Source: an uncultured Actinomycetota bacterium
GTDB taxonomy: Bacteria; Actinomycetota; Actinomycetes; JAFAQI01
Assembly: GCA_963835405.1 (NCBI GenBank)
Contig: CAWIFV010000010.1
Span: forward strand, 15,150 to 79,149
Direction: 5' to 3'
Length of the DNA: 64,000 nucleotides
Shown: piece after piece, positions 35,829 to 46,436 of the stretch
Position numbering within the stretch: the stretch's first letter is position 1
Layout: each line of letters begins with the position of its first letter
Made by a program: the position numbers and the translations under genes
The notes under the pieces: model-generated
Databases searched by the model: none
Told to the model about the DNA's origin: nothing
The model's input: the letters and a program-made list of their open reading frames with translations, nothing else

Positions 35829-38800
35829 ATGATCGCAAACTCACATCGGCTCCGGAGGCTGTTCGCCGGGGCCGTGAGCCTCGCCGTGCTCGCCAGCACC
35901 GCGGTCGCTTTCAGCCCGTTCGGCAGTTCGGCCGGCGCCGCCATCACGGTGATCCCATCCAACTACTTCACGGTGCAGGACGGGACGGCGAACGACGAGC
36001 CCGGGCAGAAGGACCTCACCCAGATGGGCCGGGACGACACCAGCGCCTCCCGGCTGCTGGTCTTCTGGAGCTGGGACGACACCGACTTCTCGGGCCAGGC
36101 CGGCGATGCCTGCGCGCTGTTCAGCGCCACGTCCGACGGACATGTGACCTTCGCCATCTGCGGCGAGGTCGTCAACGGCGCCACGCCCGGCACGGTCGTG
36201 CTGAACGCCGGGTTCCCGACCGGCTACACCTGCACCCCCACGGTGCACCCGCTGGACCGCTGCGACTCGGGGTTGGCGGCGTCCATCGGTACGACGACGG
36301 CGGGGCCCATCAGCGGCGGCGGCACCGACCTCGTGACCCAGACCGACCCCTTCAACAAGCCGTCGGGGACCAACACCACGCTCGCTCTCGACATCCAGCG
36401 CAGCGCTCTTCCGTCCGGGGTCAACCTGGTGAACGTCTGCTCCTACCCGTCGATCGCCAACGGCGCCAACAACGACCCGTCGGACTGCATCGTCACCCCC
36501 GGTGGTGGCTTCCTGCAGATCGTCAAGAACGCGACCGGCGGCGACCGCACGTTCGACTTCACGATCAACCCGCTCGCCGTGGCCCGGTCGGTGACGACGT
36601 CCGGGGGCACCGGCACGAGCGCGCCGTACACCGCCGCGGCCGGGACGGGCTTCGAGGTCACGGAGTCCGTGCCCAGCAACTGGGACCTGGACTCGGCGTC
36701 GTGCCTGTTGCAGGACGGCACCACCTCGACCGGGACGTTCCACTCCGCGACGGACAAGGTCGACGGCATCACGGTCGAAGTCGGGCGGCTCACCACGTGC
36801 ACCTTCGCCGACGTCAAGGCCGACCCGAAGCTCCATCTCGTGAAGTCGACGACCACGGCCAACTTCAGCGCCGTCGGCGACACCATCGACTACACCTACA
36901 CGCTGACCAACACCGGCAATGTGCCGCTGACACCGCCCTACTCGGTCAGTGACGACAAGACGACGGTCTCGTGTGACCAGACACCCGACCCTCTGCCCGC
37001 TGGCGGGGTCACCGAAGTCAAGTGCACGGCCAGTTACACGGTCGATCAGGCCGATCTCGACGCCGGTTCGGTGACGAACGAGGCCACGGCGAAGGCGAAG
37101 TACAACGGCAACGACGTGCCGTCCAACCAGGCCAAGCTGACCGTCAACGCAATGCGGAGCCCTGCTCTCGGTCTCGACAAGGACAGCACCGACAAGGCGA
37201 ACGGCTACTCCAGCGTCGGCGACGTTCTGAACTACACCTACGACCTCACGAACATCGGCAACGTCACCCTCGACGCGCCGACTCGGTCGAGGACAAGGTC
37301 GAGAACACGACCCCGCTGACGGTCACTTGCCCGGTGGTGCCACTGCACCTGGCGCCAGGTGACCCCGCCGTCCAGTGCACTGCGACCTATGTGGTCACTC
37401 AGGACGACCTCGACCGCGGCTCGGTGACCAATGTTGCGAAGGGCCACGCCAAGTTCCTGGGGAAAGACGTGGCGTCGGCGACCGACTCGGTCACGATCGA
37501 CGCCAGCCAGAGCAAGTCGGTCATGCTGGAGAAGAAGGTCACGGAGCCGACCTACGATCACCTGGGTGAGGTCATCCAATACACCTACACGCTGACCAAC
37601 ACCGGGAACGTCACCCTGCATTCGCCATACAGCGTGGACGACGACAAGGTAGACGTCCTCGGGTCGGTCGATTGCTCGAACGGCCCGACCGACCTCGCTC
37701 CTGGGGGGCACTTCGACTGCTCGGCCACATACAAGATCACGCAGGCCGACCTCGACGCCGGCTCGCTGACCAACAATGCTCTCGGCCACGCCACGTTCGG
37801 CGGCAAGACCGTCGACTCCAACCCCGCCCAGAAGACGATCACGGCAATCCTGATGCCTGCCGTCTCGTTGGCGAAGTCGGCGGCCGAGCCCAGCTATAGC
37901 ACCCCCGGTACGGTGCTGCACTACACATACATTCTGACCAACACTGGAAATGTCACCTTGTCGGCTCCGTTTGCCGTGACGGATGACCACATCGCGACCG
38001 TCACCTGCGGCCAGCTTCCAGCGAGTCTCGCCCCGAGTGACCATGTCACCTGCACCGGGGCATACTCGGTCACGCAGTCGGACATCGATGCGGGGTCCGT
38101 GACGAACCACGCCACGGGATCGGCGGTCTTCGGGGTCACCACGATCACGTCGCAACCAGCCCAGGCCACGGTCCCGGCAGTGCGGGCCCCCGCCCTGACG
38201 CTCGTGAAGACCGCGCTCACCGCGGACTACGCGGCGGTGGGCGACGTCCTCGACTACACCTACACGCTGACCAACACCGGCAACGTGTCGCTGAGCGCGC
38301 CGTACGCCGTGGGCGACGATCTGATCGCCTCGGTCGACTGCTCGTCCGGGCCGGCGTCGCTGCCGCCGGGCGCGAGCTTCGACTGCACCGGCAGCTACGC
38401 CGTGACGCAGGCAGACCTGGACGCGGGCGCGGTCGTGAACCACGCGACCGCGACGGCCCACCAGCGTGGCGGGGTCGTCACGTCCAACCCGGGCGAGGCC
38501 ACCGTGCCGGCGGTCCAGGGGCCGGCGCTGAGCCTGGTCAAGAACGCGGCCGAAGCGTCGTACAGCGGCGCCGGGGACCAGCTGCACTACACCTACACGC
38601 TGACCAACTCCGGCAACGTGTCGCTGAGCGCGCCGTACGCGGTCGCCGACGACTGATCGCTACCGTCGCCTGCCCGGACACGCCCGCGAGCCTCGCGCCG
38701 GGGGAGCGGTCGCATGCACCGGGACCTACGACGTGACGCAGGACGACGTCAACGCGGGCAGTGTCATCAACCACGCGACGGCGTCGGCGACGTTCGGCGG

Positions 38801-39404
38801 CAATGCCGTCGGGTCCAACGAGGCCCAGGCCACCGTGCCCGCCATCCAGGACCCGCTCCTGACGCTGTCGAAGTCGGCGGACAAGGACTCGGTCACCTAC
38901 GGTGAGGAGCTCACCTACACGGTCTCGGCGACCAACACCGGCAACATCGACCTGACCGGTGTCGTGGTCAGCGATGCGATCCCGGACGGCACGACCTACG
39001 TGAAGGGCTCCGCGACTCCGGCCGCGATCGCGTCGTACGACGCCGGCACCGACGCGGTGAGCTGGACGGTCGGCGATCTCGCGGTCGGCGAGTCGGTCCG
39101 TGGGCTGACGTTCACGGTGACGGTCGACACGCCGGACTTCGACCCGACGGTGGGGTTGCCGGTCAGCACGATCGACAACGTCGCACTCGTCGAGGCGGAC
39201 TCCGTCGAGCCGGCGCCGTCGAACCACGTGAAGACGCCGGTCGTCGCCGTCCTCGGCATCAAGGAGGAGCGTCCGGAGCTGCCGTTCACCGGCTCCGCGC
39301 TGCCCATCCCACTCGCCTCCGGGCTGGCGGTGCTCATGATCCTGGCCGGTGCGCTGCTGACCGGATCCGTTCGCCGCCGCCGGTCTGGAGCGTTCGCCGC
39401 GTAG
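35829..39404 (+). pseudogene. LPXTG-anchored surface protein with prealbumin-like domain and about 8 DUF11/DUF7507-type repeats, 3 frame breaks (about 37270, 38652, 38712)
   Basis: Signal peptide MIANSHRLRRLFAGAVSLAVLASTAVA. Repeats follow Y.YTLTNTGNV.L....V.DD...V.C........L.PG....C...Y.VTQ.DLDAGSV.N across ORFs 35700..37319, 37022..38656 and 38733..39404. The C-terminal sorting signal is LPFTGS + TM + RRRR. Confidence 0.8.
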
Positions 39405-39414
39405 CCCGCGACGT
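39387..39414 (+). repeat. direct repeat B, copy 2 (last codons and stop of the LPXTG repeat-protein gene)
   Basis: Identical 28-mer to 34530-34557; it includes GAFAA-TAG. Confidence 0.9.
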
Positions 39415-39468
39415 GGGCGGCGGGACGACAGGTGGCGGCGACCCGTCGCGGCCGCCGTGCCGGTGGCG

Positions 39469-39648
39469 CTACTTGCCAGGTGCGCCGGGCTGCCCGAGGT
39501 CGACGCACTGAGTCGTCAGGTCGGACACGGTGACGCAGATGCCGTTGTTGGCCTCGCCGCTGACCTTGACCAGCCCCCCGGCGAGTGCCGGCACGGCGGC
39601 ACCGACGGCGATCCCGACGGCGATGGTTGCGATCAACATGCGACGCAC
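39469..39648 (-). CDS. small secreted two-cysteine peptide (56-59 aa), unannotated in ORF track
   Basis: Own translation: (VRR)MLIATIAVGIAVGAAVPALAGGLVKVSGEANNGICVTVSDLTTQCVDLGQPGAPGK, stop TAG at 39471-39469. GGAG lies 5 nt upstream of GTG 39648. ATG 39639 is also possible. It falls below the ORF-track size cutoff. Confidence 0.4.
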   Translation of the reverse strand: MRRMLIATIAVGIAVGAAVPALAGGLVKVSGEANNGICVTVSDLTTQCVDLGQPGAPGK

Positions 39649-39956
39649 GGCAACTCCAGGTGTTCGACGCGGGGGAGACGTTGGGCAGTTGCAGTCTGCT
39701 CACCGGACCGGCGATGGCTCAAGGGAGGTACGCCGGGAGGTGCCACCAACGCGGGTCGACCGGAAGTCGGGCGCTGCGCAGCGGACGCCGCCGACCGGCG
39801 CGACGGCTGATGCGGCTGTCAAGCTGTGTCTGGATCGTCGTCCACAGATGCGGTGTTGGGTTCGGATCCTCCATTGATGCCCTGACTTCGGCTGGTTAGT
39901 GTGCCGCCACCCGGAGGGTCGTGGGCCCCCGGTTGCGTGCACTCGGGGAGCCGGCG

Positions 39957-41222
39957 ATGGACTCGACAGCGGTCGTGGAGGAGGAGGTCCGCGAGCTCGT
40001 CCGCCGCCGCGGGCTCGACCCGGCCGCCGACGCCGCGGCGATCCGCCGGCTGGTCGAGGAGGTCATCGCCGACTACGACGAGCGGTCGCTGACCAGCTCG
40101 CTGCCGCCGCTGGCCGACCCGCCGCCGGCGGCCCGCGCAGGTCTACGACGCGGTCGCCGGGTTCGGGCCGCTGCAGCCCTACCTCGACGATCCCGAGGTC
40201 GAGGAGATCTGGCTGAACGAGCCCGGCCGGGTGTTCGTCGCCCGTCGCGGCCGGAGCGAGCTGACCACGACGATCCTCACCGCGGGCGAGGTCCGGGACC
40301 TCGTCGAGCGGATGCTGAAGTCCTCCGGCCGTCGGGTCGACCTGTCGAGCCCCTTCGTGGACGCGATGCTCGCCGGACGGGTCCCGGCTGCACGTCGTGA
40401 TCCCCGACATCACCCGGCTGCACTGGGCGTGAACATCCGGAAGTTCGTCGTCCCGGCCCATGCCCTCGACCAGCTCGTCGAGCCTCGGCACGCTACCCGC
40501 GCAGGCGGCGCGGTTCCTCGAGGCTGCCGTCGCCGCCGGGCTCAACATCGTCGTCGCCGGCGGCACGCAGGCGGGCAAGACGACGATGCTCAACTGCCTT
40601 GCCAACGCGATCCCGCCGCGGGAGCGGGTCATCACCTGCGAGGAGGTCTTCGAGCTTCGAATCGCCGCTGCCCGGACGTCGGTCGCGATGCAGACCCGGC
40701 AGCCGAGCCTGGAGGGCACCGGCGAGATGCGGCTGCGCCGGCTGGTCAAGGAGGCGCTGCGGATGCGTCCCGAGCGGATCATCGTCGGCGAGGTCCGGCA
40801 GGAGGAGGCGCTCGACCTGCTCATCGCCCTCAACTCCGGGATCCCGGGCATGGCACGATCCACGCCAACTCCGCTCGGGAGGCGTGACGAAGCTGTGCAC
40901 GCTGCCGCTGCTCGCCGGCGAGAACGTCAGCCACGCGTTCGTCGTACCGACCGTTGCCGCGAGCATCGACCTCGTCGTTCACATCGCGTGCGCGATGCGT
41001 CCGGGCAGCGCCGGGTGCGCGAGATCGTCGCGGTGCCCGGCCGGGTCGAAGGGCGACGTCATCGAGACGGCCGACATGTTCACGACCCGAGACGACCGGC
41101 TGGTCCGGGCAGAGGGCTGGCCGCCGCACCTCGACCGGTTCGCGCGCGCCGGCTGTGACGTGGCCGCCCTGCTGAACGACGCCTCGCGCACACCGGCTCG
41201 CGGGTCGATGGTGGCCGGCTGA
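39957..41222 (+). pseudogene. CpaF/TadA-type pilus assembly ATPase, at least 5 frame breaks
   Basis: Fragments in three frames: MDSTAVVEEEVRELVRRRGLDP, EIWLNEPGRVFVARRGRSELT, NIRKFVV, Walker A GGTQAGKTTMLN, RIIVGEVRQEEALDLL, HANSAREA. Ends at TGA 41220-41222. Confidence 0.8.
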
Positions 41223-42086
41223 TGGGCTCGGTCATCGGGCTGCGTCTTCGGCGTCGGGCTGCTGCTGATCTGGCGCAGCGGCCCGCGCAAGCCGCCGCCC
41301 CGCCGGACATCCGCCGCTCGCGCACCGAGCGCACCGCCGAGCTTCTCGCCCAGGCCGGGTACGCCGCGATCCGGCCCGAGCAGCTCTACGCGCGTGTGCG
41401 CCGGCACCGCGCTGGCGGCCGGCGGCCGTCGTCGGTGTGGCCACCCGGTCCGCCAGCATCGCCGTGGCGTTCGGCACGTTCGCCGCCTACGCGCCGGTCG
41501 CCCTGGTCAGGGCGCGGCGCCGGCGCCGCGCCGTCGAGCTGCGGGAGCTGTGGCCGGAGGTCGTCGACAACCTCGCGTCCGCGGTCCGTGCCGGGTTGTC
41601 GCTGCCGGAGGCCGTCGCGCAGCTCGGCGTCCGCGGGCCGGAGTCGCTGCGGGAGCCGTTCCAACGCTTCGGCGCGGACTACCGCGCCACCGGCCGTTTC
41701 GGCGCGTGCCTGGACCGGTTGAAGACGAGCCTCGCCGACCCGGTGGCCGACCGGATCGTCGAGTCGCTGCGGGTCGCGCGCGACGTCGGCGGCAGTGACC
41801 TCGGCCGGCTGTTGCGCACGCTCTCGCCAGTTCCTGCGCGAGGACGACCGGACCCGTGCCGAGCTCGAGACCCGGCAGGGCTGGACGGTGAACGCGGCCC
41901 GGCTCGCGCTCACGGCTCCCTGGGCGGTGCTGGCTCTGCTCGCGATGCGGCCCGAGACCGTCGCGGCCTACGACACCGCGGCCGGCGTGCTGGTGCTGCT
42001 CGTCGGCGGCGGCGTGTCGCGTCGTCGCCTACCGGCTCATGATGCGCATCGCCCGGTTGCCCGAGCAGGAGCGGGTGCTGCGATGA
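41222..42086 (+). pseudogene. TadB-like type II secretion system F-family membrane protein, about 3 frame breaks
   Basis: ORFs 41222..41722, 41437..42042 and 41795.. carry LRELWPEVVDNLASAVRAGLSLPEAVAQLG...ADRIVESLRVARDVGGSDLGRLL. Ends with an ATGA overlap onto the next gene. Confidence 0.7.
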
Positions 42087-43026
42087 CCCCGGTCGCCACC
42101 GGTGCGCTGTTCGGCCTCCTCGCGTCGGGTCGGGGTCGTGCTGGCGGTCGCCTCCAGCCCGCCGCTGCGCCGCCCGCGACTGGCCGACCGGCTCGCGCCC
42201 TACCTCCGCGACGCACCTCGCCCGTCCCGGCTGCTCGACCGGGCGCACGCCTCGACCCCGTTCCCGACCGTCGAGCGGCTGCTCGGTCCGGTGCTGCGCG
42301 ACGCCGCGCGCGTCGTCGACCGCGCCGTCGGAGGCACCGCGTCGGTACGTCGACGGCTGGACCAGGCGGGCCGGAACATGACCGTCGAGCAGTTCCGGAT
42401 CGAGCAGGTTCTGTGCGGCGCGGCCGGGCTGCTCGTCGGGCTGCTCGGTGCCCTCGCCGCGACCGTGCACGGGGGGCCGGCGAGCCCGGTCCTGTTCCTC
42501 GTCCTGTGCGCCGGGCTCGTCACCGCCGGCGTCCTCGGCCGCGACCGGCTGCTCTCCGCCGAGGTCGCCCGGCGCGAGCGGCGGATGCTGGTCGAGTTCC
42601 CGACCGTGGCCGAGCTGCTGGCGCTGGCCGTCGCCGCCGGCGAGGGCGCGGTCGGTGCGCTGGAGCGGGTCGCCCGGCTCTCGACCGGCGAGCTGGCGCG
42701 GCGAGCTCGGCCGGGCGCTGGCCGACGCCCGCGCCGGCGCCTCCCTCGTCGCCGCCCTGGAGGGGATGGCCGCGCGGACCTCGCTACCGGCTCTGGCCCG
42801 GTTCGTCGACGGGCTCGCGATCGCCATCGAGCGCGGCACGCCGTTGGCCGAGGTGCTGCGCGCACAGGCCGTCGACGCGAGCGAGGAGCAGCGCCGGGCG
42901 TTGCTCGAGGTCGGTGGACGCAAGGAGATCGCGATGCTCGTCCCGGTCGTCTTCCTCGTGCTGCCGGTCACCGTCGTCTTCGCCCTGTTCCCGGGCTTCT
43001 ACAGCCTCTCGCTCTCCGTTCCCTGA
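42083..43026 (+). pseudogene. TadC-like type II secretion system F-family membrane protein, 2 frame breaks (about 42125, 42700)
   Basis: ORF 42102..43172 (EFPTVAELLALAVAAGEGAVGALERVA) joins ORF 42448..43026 (LARFVDGLAIAIERGTPLAEVLRAQA...IAMLVPVVFLVLPVTVVF). Confidence 0.7.
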
Positions 43027-43063
43027 ACGTCCCCTCGTCCCGACGTACCGGAAAGGAACCCGC

Positions 43064-43273
43064 ATGCTCCCCTCCGTCCTGGTCGCGGTGTGGCACTTCG
43101 TGGGCCGGCGGCTGCCGGTTCTTCGCTCGGACCGAGGTGACGTCCCGGGGTGGGTGCTCATCACGCTCATGACCGCCGGCATCGTCACGGCGCTCTGGAT
43201 CGTGGCCGAGCCCAAGATGGCCAGCATCCTGGACGGCGCGCTCAGCATCTCCGGTGACCCGAACGCCAAGTGA
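43064..43273 (+). CDS. small hydrophobic Flp/DUF4244-like putative pilin
   Basis: In-frame ATG 43064 within ORF 41795..43273, 69 aa: MLPSVLVAVWHFVGRRLPVLRSDRGDVPGWVLITLMTAGIVTALWIVAEPKMASIL... It occupies the position of the pilin gene in actinobacterial tad loci. The canonical G/xxxxEY motif is absent. Confidence 0.5.
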   Translation: MLPSVLVAVWHFVGRRLPVLRSDRGDVPGWVLITLMTAGIVTALWIVAEPKMASILDGALSISGDPNAK

Positions 43274-43689
43274 GCCCCGGGCCGACGGGGGACCTCGGCG
43301 GCGGGGGCGTGACCGGCGACCGGGGCTCGGCCGCCGTCGACTTCGTCCTCGTCGGGTCGCTCGTCACGCTGATGTTCCTCGCCGTGCTCCAGCTCGGTGT
43401 CGACTACCACGTGCGCAACGTCCTGGCCGCGTGCGTGGCCGAGGGGGCGCGGTACGCCGCCAACGCCGACGTGGCCGACCCCCAGGCCGGGGCCGACAAG
43501 GCCAACGAGCTGATCCGCGCGTCGCTGGGGGAGTCGTTCGCGCGTGCCGAGGCGCCGGACGCGGCCGAGACGGTCGCCGGTGCACCGGTCGTCACCGTCA
43601 CGGTCCGGGCCCGGCTGCCGTTGCTCGCGTGGTTCCTGCCGGTCGGGCCGACGGTCACCGCGACCGGGCATGCGCTGGTCGAGCCATGA
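43270..43689 (+). CDS. TadE-like pseudopilin
   Basis: ORF 43270..43689 has GSAAVDFVLVGSLVTLMFLAVLQLG (TadE N-terminal pattern). Start/stop overlaps occur on both sides. Confidence 0.65.
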   Translation: MSPGPTGDLGGGGVTGDRGSAAVDFVLVGSLVTLMFLAVLQLGVDYHVRNVLAACVAEGARYAANADVADPQAGADKANELIRASLGESFARAEAPDAAETVAGAPVVTVTVRARLPLLAWFLPVGPTVTATGHALVEP

Positions 43690-44168
43690 CGGTCGCGAGA
43701 GTCGCGAACGCCGTGACCCGCCGGCGGGGCGATGCGGGCAGCGCCATCGTGGAGTTCGTCTGGCTCGCCGTGCTGTTGATGATCCCGCTCGTCTACGTCG
43801 TCCTCGCCGCGGTGTCGGTGCAGCGGACCGCGTTCGCGGAGTCGGCGGCGGCCAGGGAGGCGGCGCGGGCCTACGCGACGGCCGGGTCGGACGCCGAGGG
43901 GGAGCGGCGCGCCGAGGCGGCCGTCGCGCTGGCCATGCACGACCAGGGCGTCGACTGGCAGCCGACCGGGCGGGTCGTCGCCTGCGGTGCCTGCGGCTAT
44001 GAGCCGGGGTCGACGTTCACGGTCGACCTGCGCACGGTCGTGGCGCTGCCGTTCGTGCCCCGCTGGATGTGCGGGGATCGCTGCGCCGCGGGCATCCCGG
44101 TGAGCGCGCACCACCGGGAGCGGCTCGACTGCTACGCCGGCACCGGCATAGCGGGCACCTCGTGCTGA
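43686..44168 (+). CDS. TadE-like pseudopilin
   Basis: In-frame ATG 43686 within ORF 43254..44168, with RGDAGSAIVEFVWLAVLLMIPLVYVVLA. Confidence 0.6.
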   Translation: MTVARVANAVTRRRGDAGSAIVEFVWLAVLLMIPLVYVVLAAVSVQRTAFAESAAAREAARAYATAGSDAEGERRAEAAVALAMHDQGVDWQPTGRVVACGACGYEPGSTFTVDLRTVVALPFVPRWMCGDRCAAGIPVSAHHRERLDCYAGTGIAGTSC

Positions 44169-44647
44169 AGCCGGGCCGGGACGACGGGCAGCTCACGCTG
44201 CTCGTCATCGGTTTCTGCCTGGTCGCGGCGACGCTCGTCGTCGTCGCGGTCGACGTCTCGAAGGTGTTTCTCGCCCGGCGCGCGCTGTCGTCGGTCGCGG
44301 ACTCGGCGGCACTGCAGGCCGCGCAGGCACTCGACCGCGAGGCGATCTACGCGGGCCGGGCCGGGGGCTGCGGCTCGCTGCTGCCGTTGGACCCGGCGGC
44401 GGTCCGGCAGTCCGTCTGGTCGGCCGTCGACGACGACCTCGCCGACCTCCGGCAGACGTTCGCCGCCGTCGAGCCCCCGGCGGTGGACGTGGCCGCCGGC
44501 ACCGTGACCGTGCGGCTGACCGGGCAGGTGGCTGTGCCGTTCGGCCGCGTCCTCGCGCTCCTGCTGCCCGGGCACCCGGACGGCCGGGTGGCCGTCGGGG
44601 TCACGGCGTCGGCGCAGTCACCCCTGACGACCCCGGGCGGCTGCTGA
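44162..44647 (+). CDS. TadG-like/pilus-assembly membrane protein
   Basis: GTG 44162 within ORF 44069..44647, with DDGQLTLLVIGFCLVAATLVVVAVDVSKVFLARRAL. Last gene of the tad cluster. Confidence 0.55.
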   Translation: MLKPGRDDGQLTLLVIGFCLVAATLVVVAVDVSKVFLARRALSSVADSAALQAAQALDREAIYAGRAGGCGSLLPLDPAAVRQSVWSAVDDDLADLRQTFAAVEPPAVDVAAGTVTVRLTGQVAVPFGRVLALLLPGHPDGRVAVGVTASAQSPLTTPGGC

Positions 44648-44669
44648 GCGACGTCAAGCGGGCAGGCGC

Positions 44670-45050
44670 TCACTGATGTTGCGGCTGGTGCAGGAGCAGG
44701 CAGAAGACATTGCCGTCCGGGTCGAACGCCTGCCGCCACACCGACCCGACCTCCTCGTGCCGGTCGCCGAGCCGGCCACCGAGCCGCTCCACCTCCGCGC
44801 CGGCCGCATCGATGTCGGCGACGTGCAGGTCGAGGTGCACGGCGGGCGCCGGATCACCCGACACCCGCTGGAACGCCAGCCGCACCGGCGGGGGTGTCGC
44901 CTGCCCGCCGATGACCGTGTAGGCGTCCTCGTGGAAGACGACGTCGAGGGCGAGCAGCGCGGTCCAGAACTCGACCAGGCGCTCCGGGCGGTTGCTGCTG
45001 ATCGTGACGTACGCCGGCACGGGGACGCGGGCGTGGTCGGAGGTGTTCAT
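44670..45050 (-). CDS. VOC/glyoxalase-family protein
   Basis: ORF 44670..45050, 126 aa, with a VOC-like pattern ([18 protein letters not shown]...[10 protein letters not shown]). Confidence 0.65.
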   Translation of the reverse strand: MNTSDHARVPVPAYVTISSNRPERLVEFWTALLALDVVFHEDAYTVIGGQATPPPVRLAFQRVSGDPAPAVHLDLHVADIDAAGAEVERLGGRLGDRHEEVGSVWRQAFDPDGNVFCLLLHQPQHQ

Positions 45051-45123
45051 GGCAACTCCAGCCTCGGTGGTCGGTCCCCGCCAGCATCCCGGATGGCCCG
45101 GCCCGCCCGCCTACCATGGCGTC

Positions 45124-46227
45124 ATGGCCACCGACGTCCGCGAGCAGCTCGCCGCGCTGTCCGCGACCCTCGGGTCGATCGAGGCGGTGCTCGACCTGCC
45201 CAAGATGCGCAAGGAGCTCGAGGAGCTCGAGCGCGACGCGACCGACCCCGACCTGTGGAACGACCAGGAGCGGGCGCAGAAGGTCACCAGCACCATGTCC
45301 TACCTCCGCGGCGACATCACCCGGGTCGAGGAGCTGCGGGCGCGGATCGACGACGTCGCCGCCGCCCTCGACCTCGACGATGCCGACCTCATCGAGGAGG
45401 CGGCCGCCGCCCTGCCGGCCCTCACCGCCGAGGTCGAGGCGCTGGAGGTCCGCACCCTGCTGTCCGGCGAGTACGACCAGCGCGAGGCCCTGGTCACCAT
45501 CAACGCCGGCACCGGCGGCACCGACGCCGCCGACTGGGCCGAGATGCTGCTGCGGATGTACCTGCGCTGGGCCGAGCGGCACGGCTACGCGACCGAGGTG
45601 TTCGACACGTCGTACGCCGAGGAGGCGGGCATCAAGTCGGCCACCTTCGTCGTCCACACGCCGTTCGCCTACGGGACGCTCGCCGGCGAGCACGGGGTGC
45701 ACCGGCTCGTGCGCATCTCGCCGTTCGACAACCAGGCCCGCCGGCAGACCTCCTTCGCCGGCGTCGACATCACCCCCGTCGTCGAGGCCACCGACCACGT
45801 GGAGATCCCCGACGAGGACATCCGGGTCGACGTCTACCGCTCCAGCGGCCCCGGCGGGCAGGGCGTCAACACGACCGACTCGGCGGTGCGCATCACCCAC
45901 CTCCCGACCGGCATCGTCGTCACCTGCCAGAACGAGCGGAGCCAGATCCAGAACCGCGCCCGCGCCATGGAGGTGCTGCAGGCCAAGCTGCTCGACGTAC
46001 GCCGGCAGGAGGAGGCCGACGAGATGGGCAGGCTCAAGGGCTCCCGCAACACCGTCGGGTTCGGCAGCGACGACATCATCCGCCACTACGTGCTGCACCC
46101 CTACCAGATGGTCAAGGACGCGCGCACCGAGGTCGAGGTGGGCAACACCGGCGCCGTTCTCGACGGCGACATCGACGCCTTCATCGAGGCCGAGATCCGG
46201 TGGCGCCGCCACCAGGCGGAGGACTAG
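45124..46227 (+). CDS. prfB: peptide chain release factor 2
   Basis: ORF 44992..46227 has SPF and GGQ motifs ([25 protein letters not shown]). The likely start is ATG 45124. Single frame, no programmed frameshift site. Confidence 0.9.
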   Translation: MATDVREQLAALSATLGSIEAVLDLPKMRKELEELERDATDPDLWNDQERAQKVTSTMSYLRGDITRVEELRARIDDVAAALDLDDADLIEEAAAALPALTAEVEALEVRTLLSGEYDQREALVTINAGTGGTDAADWAEMLLRMYLRWAERHGYATEVFDTSYAEEAGIKSATFVVHTPFAYGTLAGEHGVHRLVRISPFDNQARRQTSFAGVDITPVVEATDHVEIPDEDIRVDVYRSSGPGGQGVNTTDSAVRITHLPTGIVVTCQNERSQIQNRARAMEVLQAKLLDVRRQEEADEMGRLKGSRNTVGFGSDDIIRHYVLHPYQMVKDARTEVEVGNTGAVLDGDIDAFIEAEIRWRRHQAED

Positions 46228-46343
46228 CAGCGGCGCCTCAGCCGTTCGACGACTGGATCGTCCAAACGGGTGATTTCGCTAGGGACAATAAGGTCATTCG
46301 CGACGTTCGGCTTGACCGGTGTTGATCGCGAACCCACGCTGGC

Positions 46344-46436
46344 GTGACCGGGGGGCTACGAACCGCGACCGGGACACGGTCACCCTTCCCCGATCCCAGG
46401 GGAACGGTCGCGGGGAGCCAGTGGTGAGACCGACCC
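46344..46436 (+). promoter_or_regulatory. conserved structured 5' leader element, copy 1
   Basis: CCGCGACC (46363-46370) pairs with GGTCGCGG (46406-46413). The enclosed hairpins are ACCG-ggaca-CGGT and TTCCCC-gatccca-GGGGAA. The 25-nt tail GGGGAGCCAGTGGTGAGACCGACCC (46412-46436) is identical to 48484-48508. It ends 27 nt before ATG 46464. Confidence 0.65.

Noticed and set aside
38996-39703. 235-aa minus-strand ORF spanning the end of the DUF11 LPXTG gene and the intergenic region
   Set aside because: It is mostly antisense to the well-supported LPXTG C-terminus and is Arg/Pro-rich. The shorter 56-59-aa signal-peptide ORF (39469-39648), which lies in a different frame, is the more credible minus-strand gene here.
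45124-46227. Programmed +1 frameshift site expected in many bacterial prfB genes
   Set aside because: The whole RF2 sequence is in a single frame from ATG 45124, and no in-frame early UGA with an upstream SD-like element is present. This is normal for actinobacteria and not an anomaly.
46412-46436. Assigning the conserved leader to a known riboswitch class (c-di-GMP-II because of the ...ACCGACC tail; ydaO/c-di-AMP because of GGGGAGCC and CCGACCC; cobalamin because of an AGCCAG...GACC B12-box-like string)
   Set aside because: Only short strings resemble what I remember of those consensus motifs. The overall helix arrangement I can draw does not match any of them, and I cannot run a covariance-model search. 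It is left as unclassified.
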